Source: Eledone cirrhosa (Eukaryota). From it: 64,000 nt of DNA. The notes beneath the pieces are model-generated. The model saw only the letters and a list, made by a program, of their open reading frames with translations, was not told the origin of the DNA and did not search any database. Within the stretch, counting starts at the first letter, position 1; each line of letters starts with the position of its first letter. Positions 44,748 through 60,004 of this stretch are shown piece after piece. The position numbers were made by a program, and so were the translations under genes. Location: positions 21,328,001-21,392,000 of the forward strand of contig OZ024748.1 of NCBI GenBank assembly GCA_964016885.1, written 5' to 3'.

Positions 44748-44864
44748 TACAATATATATATATATATATATATTATAGTTTATATATATATATTATAGTT
44801 TATATATATATATTATAGTTTATATATATATATATTATAGTTTTTATATATATATATATTATAG

Positions 44865-44920
<56 letters not shown>

Positions 44921-44923
<3 letters not shown>

Positions 44924-45041
44924 GCGGTGGATTGGCAGTATCGGTAGAGGGTCGGACGCCATGCTTTCCAGGGGTCGATAAAATAAAGTACCAGTAATGC
45001 ACTGGGTAATTGCTGGCCTTGTGCCTGAAGTAGAAACAATT
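44921..45041 (+). mobile_element. SINE family 1, internally deleted
   Basis: Head GGATTGGCAGTATCGGTAGAGGG joined directly to GGGGTCGATAAAAT. Confidence 0.8.
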
Positions 45042-45087
45042 ATAGTTTATATATATATTATAGTTTATATATATATATATATATATT

Positions 45088-45134
<47 letters not shown>

Positions 45135-45146
45135 TTATATATATAT

Positions 45147-45389
<243 letters not shown>

Positions 45390-45408
45390 TTATATATATA
45401 TATATATT

Positions 45409-45465
<57 letters not shown>

Positions 45466-45784
45466 TTATATATATATATATATTATAGTTTATATATATA
45501 TATATATTATAGTTTATATATATATATATTATAGTTTATATATATATATATTATAGTTTATATATATATATATTATAGTTTATATATATTATAGTTTATA
45601 TATATATATATATATATTATAGTTTATATATATATATATTATAGTTTATATATATATATATATTATAGTTTATATATATATATATTATAGTTTATATATA
45701 TATATATTATAGTTTATATATATATATATATTATAGTTTATATATATATATATATTATAGTTTATATATATATATATTATAGTT

Positions 45785-45815
<31 letters not shown>

Positions 45816-47882
45816 ATCTTTTACTGGTTTCGGATATAAGGCTTAATTACAGACCTTTACGTTCTGCGTTCAAATTCCACCAAGGTCAATTTTACCTGAT
45901 CGATAAAAGATAAAATAAAGTTCCAGTCAAGTTCTGGAGGGCAAATGGGGGTGGGTTGATTTAATATTCTTGTAAAGTATCCTAGATGTGAATGGGATTA
46001 TGATAAAAGTCTAAGACTAACAATATTAAGAAATGGGTGGTGATATGGCTTTTTCCGTGTTTTGAAAATCTCGCCAGACAGTTAGACAATTTCTTACACA
46101 CACATGTACTTACGCACATATTTGTATAAACACACACACACACGAGTGTTTAGCTATAGGTTTGCATGCTCTCGAGCGTTGGACCTCCGGCAGAATGGAG
46201 TGTCCTACTTCTTCGATCGAACAATATAACAGCTTGCTCGCGGTATTAACGTACATGTGGTGGATGTTTCCACAGAAAGATGAAGCCTTAAGGTACTTTT
46301 CAGGGAGATTCAGCGTGGACATAATGTGTGACAAGACTGACCGTTTCAGTTACAAGTACAATTCATTTCTGCCAGCTCAGTGGACTGAGGCATCGTGAAA
46401 TAAAGTGACTTGCTCAAGGACAAAACGTATTGCTGAGAATCGAACTAACAGCTTTATGATTGTAAGCTGGGCACCCTTACCACTAAGATTCATTTTAAGA
46501 TTTATTTACACACACTATTATGCATGAATATTTATGTGCAAACACACACACAGACCTATGCACCTATATTAAAGTAGACACTTATGCATACGTATTTATG
46601 TACAAATACATACACACACACACACACGCGCACGTATGCATACGTATTTATGTACAAACACATACACACACACGCACGTATGCATACGTATTTATGTACA
46701 AATACACATCTATGCATATGTATTGATGTAGATACATATGCGCAAGTATTTATGTACAAACGCACACACACATACTTCGCCCGTCACTCGCAATCGCAGA
46801 TAACTTGGTAACATATACCATGTTTTTCGCTCGATGTTTTGTGAGTGTATGTGGCTGTGTAATCGCAAACAGACACAACCACACCACCGCCTTCTTCACA
46901 ACGAAACATCCCGCAAGCTCTGATGGCTAAAGGAAGAGAGGGTTGTACTAACATTAGGCTAGTACTTTCTCTATTGAACCCGTGAGGATGAAAGGCGAAT
47001 AAACCTCGGAGGGATATAGGGTGTTTGCGGACCGATTAGAGCAATATTTACGTATATATATATGCACGTCTAATATAAAATAAGTACTTGGGTCGATATA
47101 ATCGACTAAATGCCCCAGTATGGCAGTAGTTTATTGACTGAAACCAGTAAAAGAATTTATATATAGTCGTGTGTGTATGTATCAACGGAGAGTTAGTCAA
47201 TAAACCGGTGCATGGGATAAAAGTCTCTTGTGATATTTAGTACCACGAGTTACGTTGCATGTCTACTAACGTCCGATTCTCTACTGTTCGTGGCGTATAT
47301 AATTCATTAAACACACACTTTTATATGGGAAAGTGTCTTTTATTATAACCTCAACTTGACCACTGCCATACGAGTGGGATTTGGTAAATGGAATTTGATG
47401 AAGTCTATTCTCTACCTACCTGTTGTTGTTGCCTTTCTTTCGGTCATAAGTTTTTATATCTCTGTCTACCTGGAACCTTACCCCAGGGATATATCTGGTT
47501 TATAGGATTCCATTTAAATTTCACTCCAGAATATTCCTCCCTGGGAAATTTAACCCTATAAAAATTCTCTCCTCCCCACGAAAATTTCACCTTACAAAAA
47601 TAGTTTCGATGTAACTCCCTCCGTGATTTCCCATTATAGTGAAAGTATTATTATTGACAACAAAAGGATCGAGAAGACTCTTCAGTTGTGTCAGTGGCAC
47701 TACAACCTCCCTAGTGTTGGTGATCTACATGATATATGCACCCAGTACACTCTGCGAAGTGGTTGGGAGGACTCTGCAGTAATGTACTCTGTAGAGCATG
47801 GGAACATATGTAGGTCCTCACCCATCTGAATGATCAGTAGCTCCATGCCAACTCATTTAACGTTTGCTAGCAAATAACATTA

Positions 47883-48213
47883 TATCTATCTATCTATCTA
47901 TCTATCTAAGGCGGGTAAAATTCCCGAGATCCATGGACGAGTTCTCTCCAGCGGGATCTGCCCCTCATTATCGCTGCCATGTCCTGCGTCTCCAACAGAC
48001 CAGTGTCTGTCCTTAGGGCATCAACATACGTTAACCTTGGTCTTCCTCTTCTAGTGTGTCCATGTAGGGGCTCCCAACGGAGCACCGAGTGCAATGTCAA
48101 CTCTGGATGTCGGTGAGCATGTCCAGCCAACCTCAGTCTCCTCTGTGTCACTTTTGAGCTGACTTTTGGGATGCTCCCATACAGCTCTGAGTTTTTCAAC
48201 CTCAGTGTATACT
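47883..48213 (-). mobile_element. RTE-group LINE 3' fragment (TAGA-tail family)
   Basis: [33 protein letters not shown]; (TAGA)n tail. Confidence 0.88.
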
Positions 48214-48247
48214 GATATATCTATATATATAATATATATATATATGT

Positions 48248-48298
<51 letters not shown>

Positions 48299-48425
48299 GT
48301 ATATATATGTGTATATATATGTATATATATAATATATATATATATGTATATATATATGTATATATATGTATATATATAATATATATATATATGTATATAT
48401 ATATGTATATATATGTATATATATA

Positions 48426-48457
<32 letters not shown>

Positions 48458-49605
48458 GTATGTATATATATAATATATATATATATATAATATATATGTA
48501 TATATATATGTGTATATATGTATATATATGTATATATATAATATATATATGTATATATATAATATATATATGTATATATGTATATATATATATGTATATA
48601 TATGTATATATATAATATATATATATATATATGTATATATATAATATATATATATATGTATATATATAATATATATATGTATATATATAATATATATATA
48701 TATATGTATATATATAATATATATATATATATATGTATATATATGTATATATATAATATATATATATATGTATATATATGTATATATATAATATATATAT
48801 GTATATATATGTATATATATAATGTATATATATATGTATATATATAATGTATATATATAATGTATATATATATGTATATATATAATGTATATATATAATG
48901 TATATATATAATGTATATATATAATGTATATATATAATGTATATATATAATATATATATAATGTATATATATAATATATATATAATATATATATGTATAT
49001 ATATATATATAATATATATATATAATATATATATAATATATATATGTATATATATATATATATATAATATATATATGTATATATATATATATATATAATA
49101 TATATATATATATAATATATATATGTATATATATATATATATATAATATATATATATATATATAATATATATATGTATATATATATATATGTATATATAT
49201 AATATATATATATATGTATATATATATATATGTATATATATAATATGTATATATATATATATGTATATATATAATATATATATATATAATATATATATGT
49301 ATATATATATATATAATATATATATATATATATAATATATATATGTATATATATAATATATATATATATGTATATATATAATATATATATATATGTATAT
49401 ATATAATATATATATATATGTATATATATAATATATATATATATGTATATATATAATATATATATATGTATATATATAATATATATATATATGTATATAT
49501 ATAATATATATATATATGTATATATATAATATATATATATATGTATATATATAATATATATATATATGTATATATATAATATATATATATGTATATATAT
49601 AATAT

Positions 49606-49638
<33 letters not shown>
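48214..49638. repeat. (TA)n array interrupted by TG/TAA
   Basis: Direct reading; source of the 537-aa pseudo-ORF. Confidence 0.95.
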
Positions 49639-49890
49639 GAGCGAGACACAGTCACCTGACCCAACTTGCCTCTAAATGGGACCCGTCTAACCCATGGTAC
49701 CGTGGAACATAGCCGTTAATTGATGATGATGATATCATCATCATCATCGTTTAACGTCCATCTTCCACGCTTGCATGGGTTTAGACGGGAATTTTCCCAC
49801 TTGAGGCAACATTGGTTGTCTTGCTCGCATAGGACTGTCTGGCGGGTTTTCTACGGTTAGATGCCCTTCCTAACACCAACCACGTTTACA

Positions 49891-49940
<50 letters not shown>

Positions 49941-50171
49941 TACATACATATACATATTTACAGGCATATATGTGTGTGTTTGTTTAATGCATTCAAGCAT
50001 TCAAGGTTCAGAAACTGAGAAGACCCCAAATCAGGGTAAAACTTGATACATGTTTTGGGGCAGAGTAAATATAGAGATAGGATATAATCTCAACAAAGGG
50101 CCCTTCCATTTTTGGCTAGCTCACAAGCTCCTCACTTAGGATTATACAGTCTCTCTCTCTCTCTCATATAT

Positions 50172-50392
50172 ATTTCATCTCAACTGGTTCTGCTCTCTTT
50201 AACATGACACCAAAACACATAAAAATCCAAAAGTCTTTGGACAAATTCCTCCAAGAAATCCCAGATATGTCTCCATAAACAATTCTCTACTTAAGTGGGC
50301 CATGGTCCCAAATCCTGATTTGAAAGACTTTGCAAAGTGGTGCTATTAAGTTAGACATGACCTGGCCCAATACTGGCTGAAACCTATTAAAA
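50172..50392 (+). mobile_element. Decayed CR1/L2-group LINE 3' end
   Basis: Reads GSALFN..QKSLDKFLQEIPD..NNSLLKW, a C-terminal motif typical of such elements. Confidence 0.45.
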
Positions 50393-50480
50393 TTATATAC
50401 AAATATATGCCCATTGAGTGTGCTGAGATATAACCGGTACTGGCATTGATAAATATGCTGGGTCCGTCAACCCTTATTAT

Positions 50481-50517
<37 letters not shown>

Positions 50518-51844
50518 TTGGCGTTAGGAAGAGTATCCAGCCAGAAACACCCCTATACGAGCGAGACATGGTCACTTGTCACAACTTGCCTCAAAATAGG
50601 ACCCGTCTAACCCATGCTAGCATGGAAGATGGACATTAATCAATGATGATATATATATATATATATGTGAGTCCCAGGTTCAATTGGGGGTAACCGTAGT
50701 AAGTAAGTTGTCCCACTTGAGGCAAGATTGGTCGAGTGACCGTGTCTCGCTCACACAGGACTATCTGGCAGGTTTTCTACAGCTGGATGCCCTTCCTAAC
50801 ACCAACCACATTTACAGTGTGGACTGGGAGCTTTTTACCGTGTTACCTACACGGCCACATTACAGCATGGACTGTGTGTTTTAAACTAATATAAAATTGT
50901 ATTGTGTTGTTTGTTTTGTTATTTCTGTCTGTTTACCTTTTGCACACCCACATACACATTTATTTGTGTACTAAGTTTTGTAATGGGGTTGAAGGAGTGG
51001 GCTGTGTATATGTGGCACTAAGGACACGGAAGTGAGGTGTTTTGTAAGGTAACATGTGTATATGGTGATCAGTTGAGCGACATATCCGACATATCACAGA
51101 CATACACCCCCACCCAGCTACCCCCACAGTAATTAAGCTCTCTCACATAGCTGTTTATTTACATAGATTCTTTCTTTTTTTTTTGTATTTTTACTCTTCG
51201 CTGCCCCTCCCCTACCCCTGCCACTGTTTAACTTATTTGGTTTTGTTTGTTTCTGGAACGTGAGTGGGTGCGGAGAGTACAGATTCTTTCTTTCTTATCC
51301 TTTCTTTCCACCACCACCACCACCACTCATACATACATATTCTATCTCTATCTCATTCTCTCTCCCCTCTTCTCTCTCTCTATCTACCTATCTCCTCTCT
51401 CTCTATCTACCTATCTCTGTCAATCAGAAGTATATCCAGCCTTTCTTCATTCTCCAGACAACTTTTGGTACTACTCTCTCTCTCTCTCATTGTCATGGCT
51501 TTCAAACTTCAAATTCTTTCTACCATATACAATGTTTCAAGTAAACTACAAATTTCTCCTTATATATATGTATATATATATATAGTATTCAAAATATTAA
51601 TAAATGAAAAATATTCTCATAACCAAAATATATATTTTATTATACATATTTCAGAGGTACAATGGTGTTTCAGTATGTTTTCATCAGATAAAATATATGA
51701 GAGATTGGATATGCAACATACCGCTACGGTTTTAATTATTCAATTCCTGTAGTGGTTATATATATATATATATAAATATATACACACACACACAACATAA
51801 ATACAACATAAATAACAATCAAATTGTATTTAAAACGTTTAATA

Positions 51845-51887
51845 GCTTACAATCGTTTCATCCAGATATGTCTGGAATCATCCGAGC
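51845..51887 (-). ncRNA. Hammerhead motif with one core substitution
   Basis: GCT-CGGATGA-T TCCAGA cata TCTGGA T-GAAA-CGATTG-TA-AGC. Confidence 0.55.
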
Positions 51888-52540
51888 ATATAAAGGTTAA
51901 AACAAATATAATCCTATTCACTTGAGCAGGATACATTAGAGGTGAGAAGACTAAGTATAAGCATTAACATCAATATATTATAGAGTATAAAAATTGATCA
52001 GACATAAAATTTGTAATGAAAAATTATAATAAAGCTATAATATAAATAATTGGAGTTATAGGTTATATATAAGGATATGGTTATTAATTATAGCAAAATA
52101 TTATAACCAGAATATTGTCACAAAAATATCAATTACAATAGAGTACATGCAATATATGTAATGTAAGCAGAATGGTACAATGAAAACATATAATGTCAGT
52201 ATTAAAAATTATAAATATCAAAGGATATATTGATTTTAGGCAAAAGGTTTTATAATATCAGTCATAATATCCATGCAATAGAATATAGAGCCTAAAAGCA
52301 TAGAGTACAGAAATATAGAGTTCGAAAACATTCAGTCCAGAGATATGAAGCTTAATAAGTTTTTCCTTAAGGTTATAATAACAATGTCAATACCAATCTG
52401 ATGCTCGTGTGGCCCTGTCATAACAAATGTTTTAATTCTATAAATACAATCAATACTGTCACCTCCATTCAGTAAACAACATCGAGTGACTATAGGTAGT
52501 TAAGACACTTGATGCTCAACATTTTCAAAATAGCATTATA

Positions 52541-52916
52541 TCATCATCATCATCATCATCACCGTTTTACGTCCGTTCTTCCACGCTAGCATGGGTTAGA
52601 CGGGTTGTCCTGTTGTGGGCAGTGTCTGGTCGGCTGACCATGCCTTGCTCATACAGGAACTGATCTGGCTTGATTTCTACAGCTGGATGCCCTTCCTAAC
52701 ACCAACCTCATTTACAGTGAGTGCTGGGTGCTTTTTCGTGGCGCCTACACGTCCACTTTACAGTGTGGGCTGGGTGCTTTTTTGCCGTGGCACCTCCACG
52801 ACCACCTTGCGGTGGGGGGGGGGGGGGGCATATTGTTTATATGCTTCAGCATGTACCCATGGGAGGTCGGGTACCCTGTATTACTGCGTGACGCCAGAAG
52901 TCACGGTCGTGTGTCA
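52541..52916 (-). mobile_element. RTE LINE 3' end (GAT-tail family)
   Basis: (CAT)n on plus strand; near-identical to 63137-63495. Confidence 0.85.
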
Positions 52917-52956
52917 ATATATTAATATATATATATATATATATATATTAATATAT

Positions 52957-53075
52957 TAAAATAACAGATTAAAGTTTAAGCAAAGAATCGCTGCCTTCAC
53001 CGTTAATAGGATCTGAAACTCCTGTTAAGGGTGAAAGCAGTGATTCTTTGTTTAAACTTTAATCTGTCATTTTAA
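52957..53075. repeat. Imperfect fold-back of about 118 bp
   Basis: ACAGATTAAAGTTTAA..TAGG atctgaaact CCTG..TTAAACTTTAATCTGT. Confidence 0.85.
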
Positions 53076-53166
53076 TAGATATTTGCTCTATGATTATATA
53101 TATTTTTATATATACATTATCCTTGTCGAGCCCTCTTCGGATTTTAGTCTTCACATTTATTATTAT

Positions 53167-53205
<39 letters not shown>

Positions 53206-53239
53206 TAACAAATGGAAACTATATTTATAAAACCATATT

Positions 53240-53304
53240 TATTTCATTATACATATTTCAAGGACACCAAAGCAAATTATGGTGCGCTTTCATCAGATAA
53301 AATA
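53240..53304 (-). ncRNA. Type-I hammerhead ribozyme, family A
   Basis: TATTTTAT-CTGATGA-AAGCGCACCA..TGGTGTCCTT-GAAA-TATGTA-TA-ATGAAATA; stem II differs from the 5360 copy but still pairs. Confidence 0.78.
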
Positions 53305-53406
53305 TAATATAGATCAGTTTTATAAACAAATATTGACATACCCTTAAAGAATGCGACCATTGGAAGCTCCCGGATAGTGATATATATATATAAATATAAT
53401 TTCTAC

Positions 53407-53438
<32 letters not shown>

Positions 53439-53523
53439 GTATATATTGGGTCGTCAAGTATGAAATTTGTAGTGAAGCATATGGTCATAACTTTTTTTCT
53501 ACAAATTTCATACTTGATGACAC

Positions 53524-54503
53524 ATCATCATCGTTTATCATCCATCTTCCACGCTTGCATGCGTTTGGACGGGAGTTTTCCCACTTGAGGCAAGAGTGGT
53601 TGTCTTGCTCGCACAGGACTGTCTGGCGGGTTTTCTACGGCTGGATGCCCTTCCTAACACCAACCACGTTTACAGCGTGGACTGTGTGTTTTTTTGTCGT
53701 GACACTTACACGACCTCATTTGTTTCGGACTGGATGTTGTGGTACCAACATAACTTTACATTGAAAGGGGTGATGGGGGTAGTGGGATGGGGGTGTATTT
53801 TGTTAGCGGTGCCTACTGACTGTAGTAGGTTTCACTTTGTACTTAGGTAAGGCGGGTCTTCTCTATTACTGTGTAGCGCCAAAGATCTCGGTCCAGTGAC
53901 ATTGTCTTGGAGAGGTGTAAGTGTGTGAGGTCGGAATTTATCAAGTCGTCCCAGGTTTTTCTGGGTCTGCCTACTCCGTGGCTACCATCTATCTTTATTG
54001 CCCTGCACTTTTTTATACAGATGTCGTCTTTCATGCGCATCACGTGACCATACCAACGTAGTCTTCTCTCGAGTAAACAACATCTGATCCCTCTTATTTC
54101 TAATTTTTTCCCTTAGTTCGTTTATGCTTTGCCGTTCACGTATATTACTATTACACATCCAACGGAGCATGCAAGCTTCGTTCCTCTCCAGTCTGCGTAT
54201 ATCCTCTGCACACAATGCCCAGGTTTCACTGCCATGTAACATTGCTGTTCGTATGCAGGCATCATACAGCCTGCCTTTCATTTTTAGAGAGAACCCTTTA
54301 GCGGCTAATAGTGGTATAAGCCCTCTGAACTTTTTCCATCCAGTTCTGACTCTAGCTACTGTACTTTCAGAGCACCCTCCCCCACTGCTGATTTTGTCAC
54401 CCAAGTAACGGAAGGTGTCCACTATTTCTATAGAACCATCTGTGCAATGGAATGAGCTAGTATTTTGTGGGCACTTGCTGCTACTTATTGCACCAGAGCA
54501 CCG
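53524..54503 (-). mobile_element. RTE LINE 3' fragment with frameshift (RT C-terminus plus 3' UTR)
   Basis: FRYLGD..ARVRTGWKKF..KGRLYDACIRTAMLHGSETW..RRLRWYGHVMRM..GRPRKTW; GAT tail; 3'-UTR-only relatives at about 49640-49890, 50520-50880, 57400-57565. Confidence 0.9.
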
Positions 54504-54799
54504 TGTATATATATATATATACCCATACATACACATATATAAGTAGTTAACTTTGCAACCACATAGTTTCAGTTCTACTGTGTGGAATATTGAACAAGCG
54601 TTTTCTACTGTATTCTCAGGTTGACAAATCCCTTGTGAGAGGAATTTGGTAGCTGGAAACTGCAGAAGTTAATTGTATAAAAGGAGATTCATAAAATAAG
54701 TACAAGGAGAAAATTCTAGAAAGATGTAGCTCAAAAGACTAAGGATTTTAAAAAGTGTTTAATGTAAAGTTTGGTGTGGTAACATGCTGTAGTGTTATT

Positions 54800-55230
54800 G
54801 TTACAGCTCACACCTGTGACAATTTAACTGACCTCCTATGGGGAGGTTTCTCAAGTGTTTAAATAATAGGGGGTCCAGTCCTTTTACTATGCTGTTGTAG
54901 TTCACACCTCTGTAGGGTTAGCTGACCTCCTATGAAGAAGCATCTCATAAGAGGTTTCTCAGTTGTTTTAATAATAGGGGCCCCAGTCCTGTTATGTTGT
55001 AGCAGTTCACACCTGTGAGAATTTAACTGACCTCCTATGGGGAGGTTTCTCAGGTGTTTTAATAAGAGCAACTCCAGTCTTACAATGAAAAGACTCCCCC
55101 ACAGTGGTTTGTGACAGTGGGACATGGCATATTACTTGTTGTTACAGCTGATACCTGTGTAGGTTTAGCTGACTTATTACAAAGTAGCATCCCATAGAGG
55201 ATTTCTCAGATATTTTAATGATAGGGGAAC
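54800..55230. repeat. Degenerate tandem repeat of about 95-140 bp
   Basis: CACACCTGTG..CTGACCTCCTATG..GGTTTCTCA..TTTTAATAATAGG recurs 4 times. Confidence 0.7.
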
Positions 55231-55756
55231 CATTTGTTGCAGTGGTCTCCCTGATGATGGTGGTGGTACTGCTGCTTGTGGTAGTCATTTTTTCCCATCT
55301 CAGTGGACAGAAGCAATGTGAAATGAAGCATATCACTCCAGAACATAATTCCATATATGAATCATTTTTTTTATGTTACAAATACTTAGTAATGAAATAA
55401 TTTTAGTAAATCCTTCTAAGTTCTTCACTAATTAATTAATTAAAATAAAGTGCATTTCATTGGAAATACACTTTATTTCAATTAACTAATGATTATTTAT
55501 TTATATATTATATATATATTTTTTTTTTTGTCTGTTCACTTCTTATCGAAAGAACATTTTGATTTCTAGATTTGGAGCTAAATGTAAATGCACTGTCACC
55601 GTGGTCACATATTTAAACACTCACACACACATATGTATATCACCTACCTCTATACCCACTCTGCATCTCCCCATGCATTGAGTAGTGGTCTTCCCGGTCT
55701 CAGCTCTGCAAACTCCCTCTCTCTACACACACACACACGCACGCACGCACGCACGC

Positions 55757-55793
<37 letters not shown>

Positions 55794-56025
55794 GAGACAG
55801 AGAGACAGAGAGAGAGACAGACAGAGATAGATAGATAAATAAATATACATGCATTAGTTTACGAAAGTCACTTAGTTTATTTCAGCAAGCTCCATCCACT
55901 CACTCACTGAGATAATAGGTTTGCAAGTAAGAAAATGCAAACTAATTGTCAGAGTACACACTTATAGTTAATCAGTAAGATGGCAGTAATTGGGTGGTGA
56001 TATTGGCATATCAAATATATGTGCA

Positions 56026-56057
<32 letters not shown>

Positions 56058-56149
56058 CATACACACATATATTACAAATATATATATATATACACATACA
56101 CATATATATACACACACATGCACATGTATATATATACATACACACACAT

Positions 56150-56198
<49 letters not shown>

Positions 56199-58979
56199 TG
56201 CACATATATATACTATGAAATTCTAGAGATGATAGAGGCATGTCTACACAGTTTTTTCTCATCAAACAGATATATATTGACCATTATCACCCACTCCCCA
56301 CCACCCCACTCCACACTAAAAAAATCCCTTTTAACCCCTTAGTATTTACATTACTCTATATTTACTATTATATTTTCATGGTAAAGGCTTTATCTTACAT
56401 AATTATATCACATAATATCGAATTTACAAGATTTTTATATTATTTATTTTGCGAACAACACCTTAACATAAGTATGAGTGGCTAGTTACGGCCGGTAACT
56501 AGCCAGAGGGGTGAGAATTCTGGCTGGATACAGCTGGTTTAAAATAATAATAATAATAATGAAATTATTGTGTACAGTGCTCAGGTGAACTACAACTCAT
56601 CAAAGGTGCATGTATAGTACATAGAATAATGTACAAATGTCAGGAAAGTGAACAGTGTATGAGTCATAATATACATCTGTGTATGTGTATGCTAAAGGGT
56701 TAATTCTTAAGCATCTTAGTCCATTTAAAAGTAATTAGCTATCCTAGTTTGGAGTGAGCTGGGTAGATGTAATACATGGTCTACATAACACCACATGGTT
56801 TTTGAGAGGCTTCAGCAGAGGTGCACACTCTTACAACCATTTCGATAAGGTCACCTGGGTTTCCAAATTGAAGATAGCTTGATGTGTTGTTTACTTAAGT
56901 AGTGACCCATGAAACATCATGTCACCTCAACCCAACCCCCATTAATCTCAGAGGGTCTGTAACAGTCATGGGAACTGCATATAGGACAGTGTTTCTGAAG
57001 GGAGGAAAGGAGCAGTAACATCCCCTAAACCTCCACAAATTCTTGAGGGATTCATTTTAACTTAATCTTTCCATGACTGTATTTCTAATGAAGTACACAG
57101 TATTTCAATTAATTAATGAAGACTTTTGAGGTATTTATTAATATAATTAATTATTTCTAAGATAGTGACTTAAATGGTTTTTATATCAAATTATGTTGGG
57201 AGACTTTAATATAAAGAGAAGAAAACCTTTAAAATGTTGGATCTGTTTTGTAGCACCAGTCGGTCTTGACCTGGTCAGTATTAAAAGGGTTAATAATTAA
57301 AATTATGAAACAGTAAGTAGCTTAAACACACACACATATATATATATACACTGTAAAATGGCCATGTAAAAGACACAACAAAAATCACCCAGCACACACT
57401 GTTAAATGTGGTTGGCAGTAAGAAGGGAATCCAGCCATAGAAAACCAGCCAGAAACAGTCCTATGTGAGCGAGGCATGGTCACCCGACCCAACTTGCCTC
57501 TAAATGGGACAAACCCATCTAACCCATGCTAGCGTGGAAGATAGACGTTAAATGATGATGATGATATATATAAGGAAAAGAAATCGAAAATGCACCTGGA
57601 GTCTTTTTAAGAATATTTATTTGTTTCTTTTACCGGTTTCACAGTTCTTATGCTTTTCAAAAGTAGAATTAAGATGGAGGGTTTGTGGTTTTTCTCGCAT
57701 CTGGTTGGTGTTCGAGTGTTACTTCTGTTTTATGCGGAAAAAAAGTAGCTCAAATTGCTAGGTTTTTTTTTTAAATGATTTGGTTGGTTGATGACTGTCA
57801 CATGAATAAGTATAATAAATTGTGCGCCAGTTCGCATTACAAAGTTCTTATTGTATTTGCCTTTAAAAAAGTGGCTCAAATTCTTGTTTTTTCATATATA
57901 AGTGAAATTTGGTTGGTTGATGACTAAGTACATCAACTTTCGCACCAGTTTGCGTTTGAGGGTTCTTTATTGCCATTTTCACTTTAAATTGTGACTCAAA
58001 TTGTTATTTTTTTATAGTTTTCACAGACATGATTTGTCATGGAGAGTTTTGTGCCAAACAAAAGATAATGGTCAGGAGAAATCGTTCTGGTTCAGTGAGT
58101 ATGGCTGAGGTGTCAAAATTGAGACTTTCTATTGAAATAAATTGAATGTTTGTATTGACACTGGTGGTGGTGGTGGTGGCAGGGTAGAAAATAGAGATAT
58201 ATATTTTTATTTGTGTGTGTGGGGGGGGGGGCATGGTTAGCATGTTAAGGTGTTAAAATATTAACACCTTAATGTATATTTAATGTATGTTAAAGTATAT
58301 TTTGCTCTGGTCTTTTATTTTCGAATATAGAAGAGGGTGTTATGTGTGTATGTGTCTGTGTGGATGGTTAGCATGTTATGGTGTAAACATATTAATTGTT
58401 TCTACTTTAGGCACAAGGCCAGGGTGTCTTATCGCTTGCACATATGTCTAGATATGCACTGAGTGGTATCTGTTTTGTGGTAGGGTCTCGTAATTGTTGG
58501 CGATGAATTGTCATCCTGTTTCTGACTGTGAATTTAGTTTACCCCATATAATCTTCATTGCATTCTTTACATTTAATGGCATGAATAAAATGTTTTGATC
58601 ACAAGTGAAGTGATTTTTTTTACAACACACAGGATGTTAAGAGTTAAATAGTGTGATTTGCTGGATGTAGTCCAATCAGGCAAGCTTGGTATTGAGTGGG
58701 ATTGGGTAAAAGGTATTATAAAGCTGTGTAGTAATGCTAGAAGACACACAGATACTGTGTCAGTGGGCCATACTATGTTGGTAGAGGAGGAGTCTTTGTC
58801 AGTCAACTGGATGGCCTTGTTTTTCAATGTAGTCTTAAGATGTTTATGTGTGACCGTAATAGTAGTAGTGGTGGTCGTAGCAACATTAGTAGTAATAGTA
58901 GTAGTTGTAGTAGTAGTTGGTGTTGTGTAATGTTTCAATGGGCCACTATGTCAGTAAATGAGCCTTTGTCATAACATAA

Positions 58980-60004
58980 CACCACACATACCAACACTGC
59001 ACAACACAACACAACACAACACCATACCACCCAAACCATCTCAACACCACACCAATACCACACAACACACCACCACAACACACAACACACCACCACAACA
59101 CACAACACACCACCAAACCACACAACACACCACCAAACCACACAACACCTCACCAATACCACACAACACCTCACCAATACCACACAACACACCACCCAAA
59201 CCATCTCAACACCACACCAATACCACACAACACCACACCAATACCACACAACACACCACCAAACCACACAACACACCACCAAACCACACAACACACCACC
59301 AAACCACACAACACACCACCAAACCACACAACACACCACCAAACCACACAACACACCACCAAACCACACAACACCTCACCAATACCACACAACACCTCAC
59401 CAATACCACACAACACCTCACCAATACCACACAACACCTCACCAATACCACACAACACCTCACCAATACCACACAACACCTCACCAATACCACACAACAC
59501 CTCACCAATACCACACAACACACCACCAAACCACACAACACCTCACCAATACCACACAACACACCACCAAACCACACAACACCTCACCAATACCACACAA
59601 CACACCACCAAACCACACAACACCTCACCAATACCACACAACACACCACCACACCACACAACACCTCACCAATACCACACAACACCTCACCAATACCACA
59701 CAACACCTCACCAATACCACACAACACCTCACCAATACCACACAACACGCCACCAAACCACACAACACGCCACCAAACCACACAACACACCACCAAACCA
59801 CACAACACCTCACCAATACCACACAACACCTCACCAATACCACACAACACACCACCAAACCACACAACACCTCACCAATACCACACAACACCTCACCAAT
59901 ACCACACACCACCAAACCACACAACACCTCACCAATACCACACCATACAACACCACACCACACATCCCATCTCAACACCACACAACACACCACCAATACC
60001 ACAA
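58980..60004. repeat. 20/21-bp CA-rich minisatellite
   Basis: Units ACCAAACCACACAACACACC and CAATACCACACAACACCTCAC. Confidence 0.92.

Noticed and set aside
48051-49664. 537-aa Ile/Tyr ORF and similar YI/CV/HT ORFs throughout the window
   Set aside because: Dinucleotide microsatellite translations
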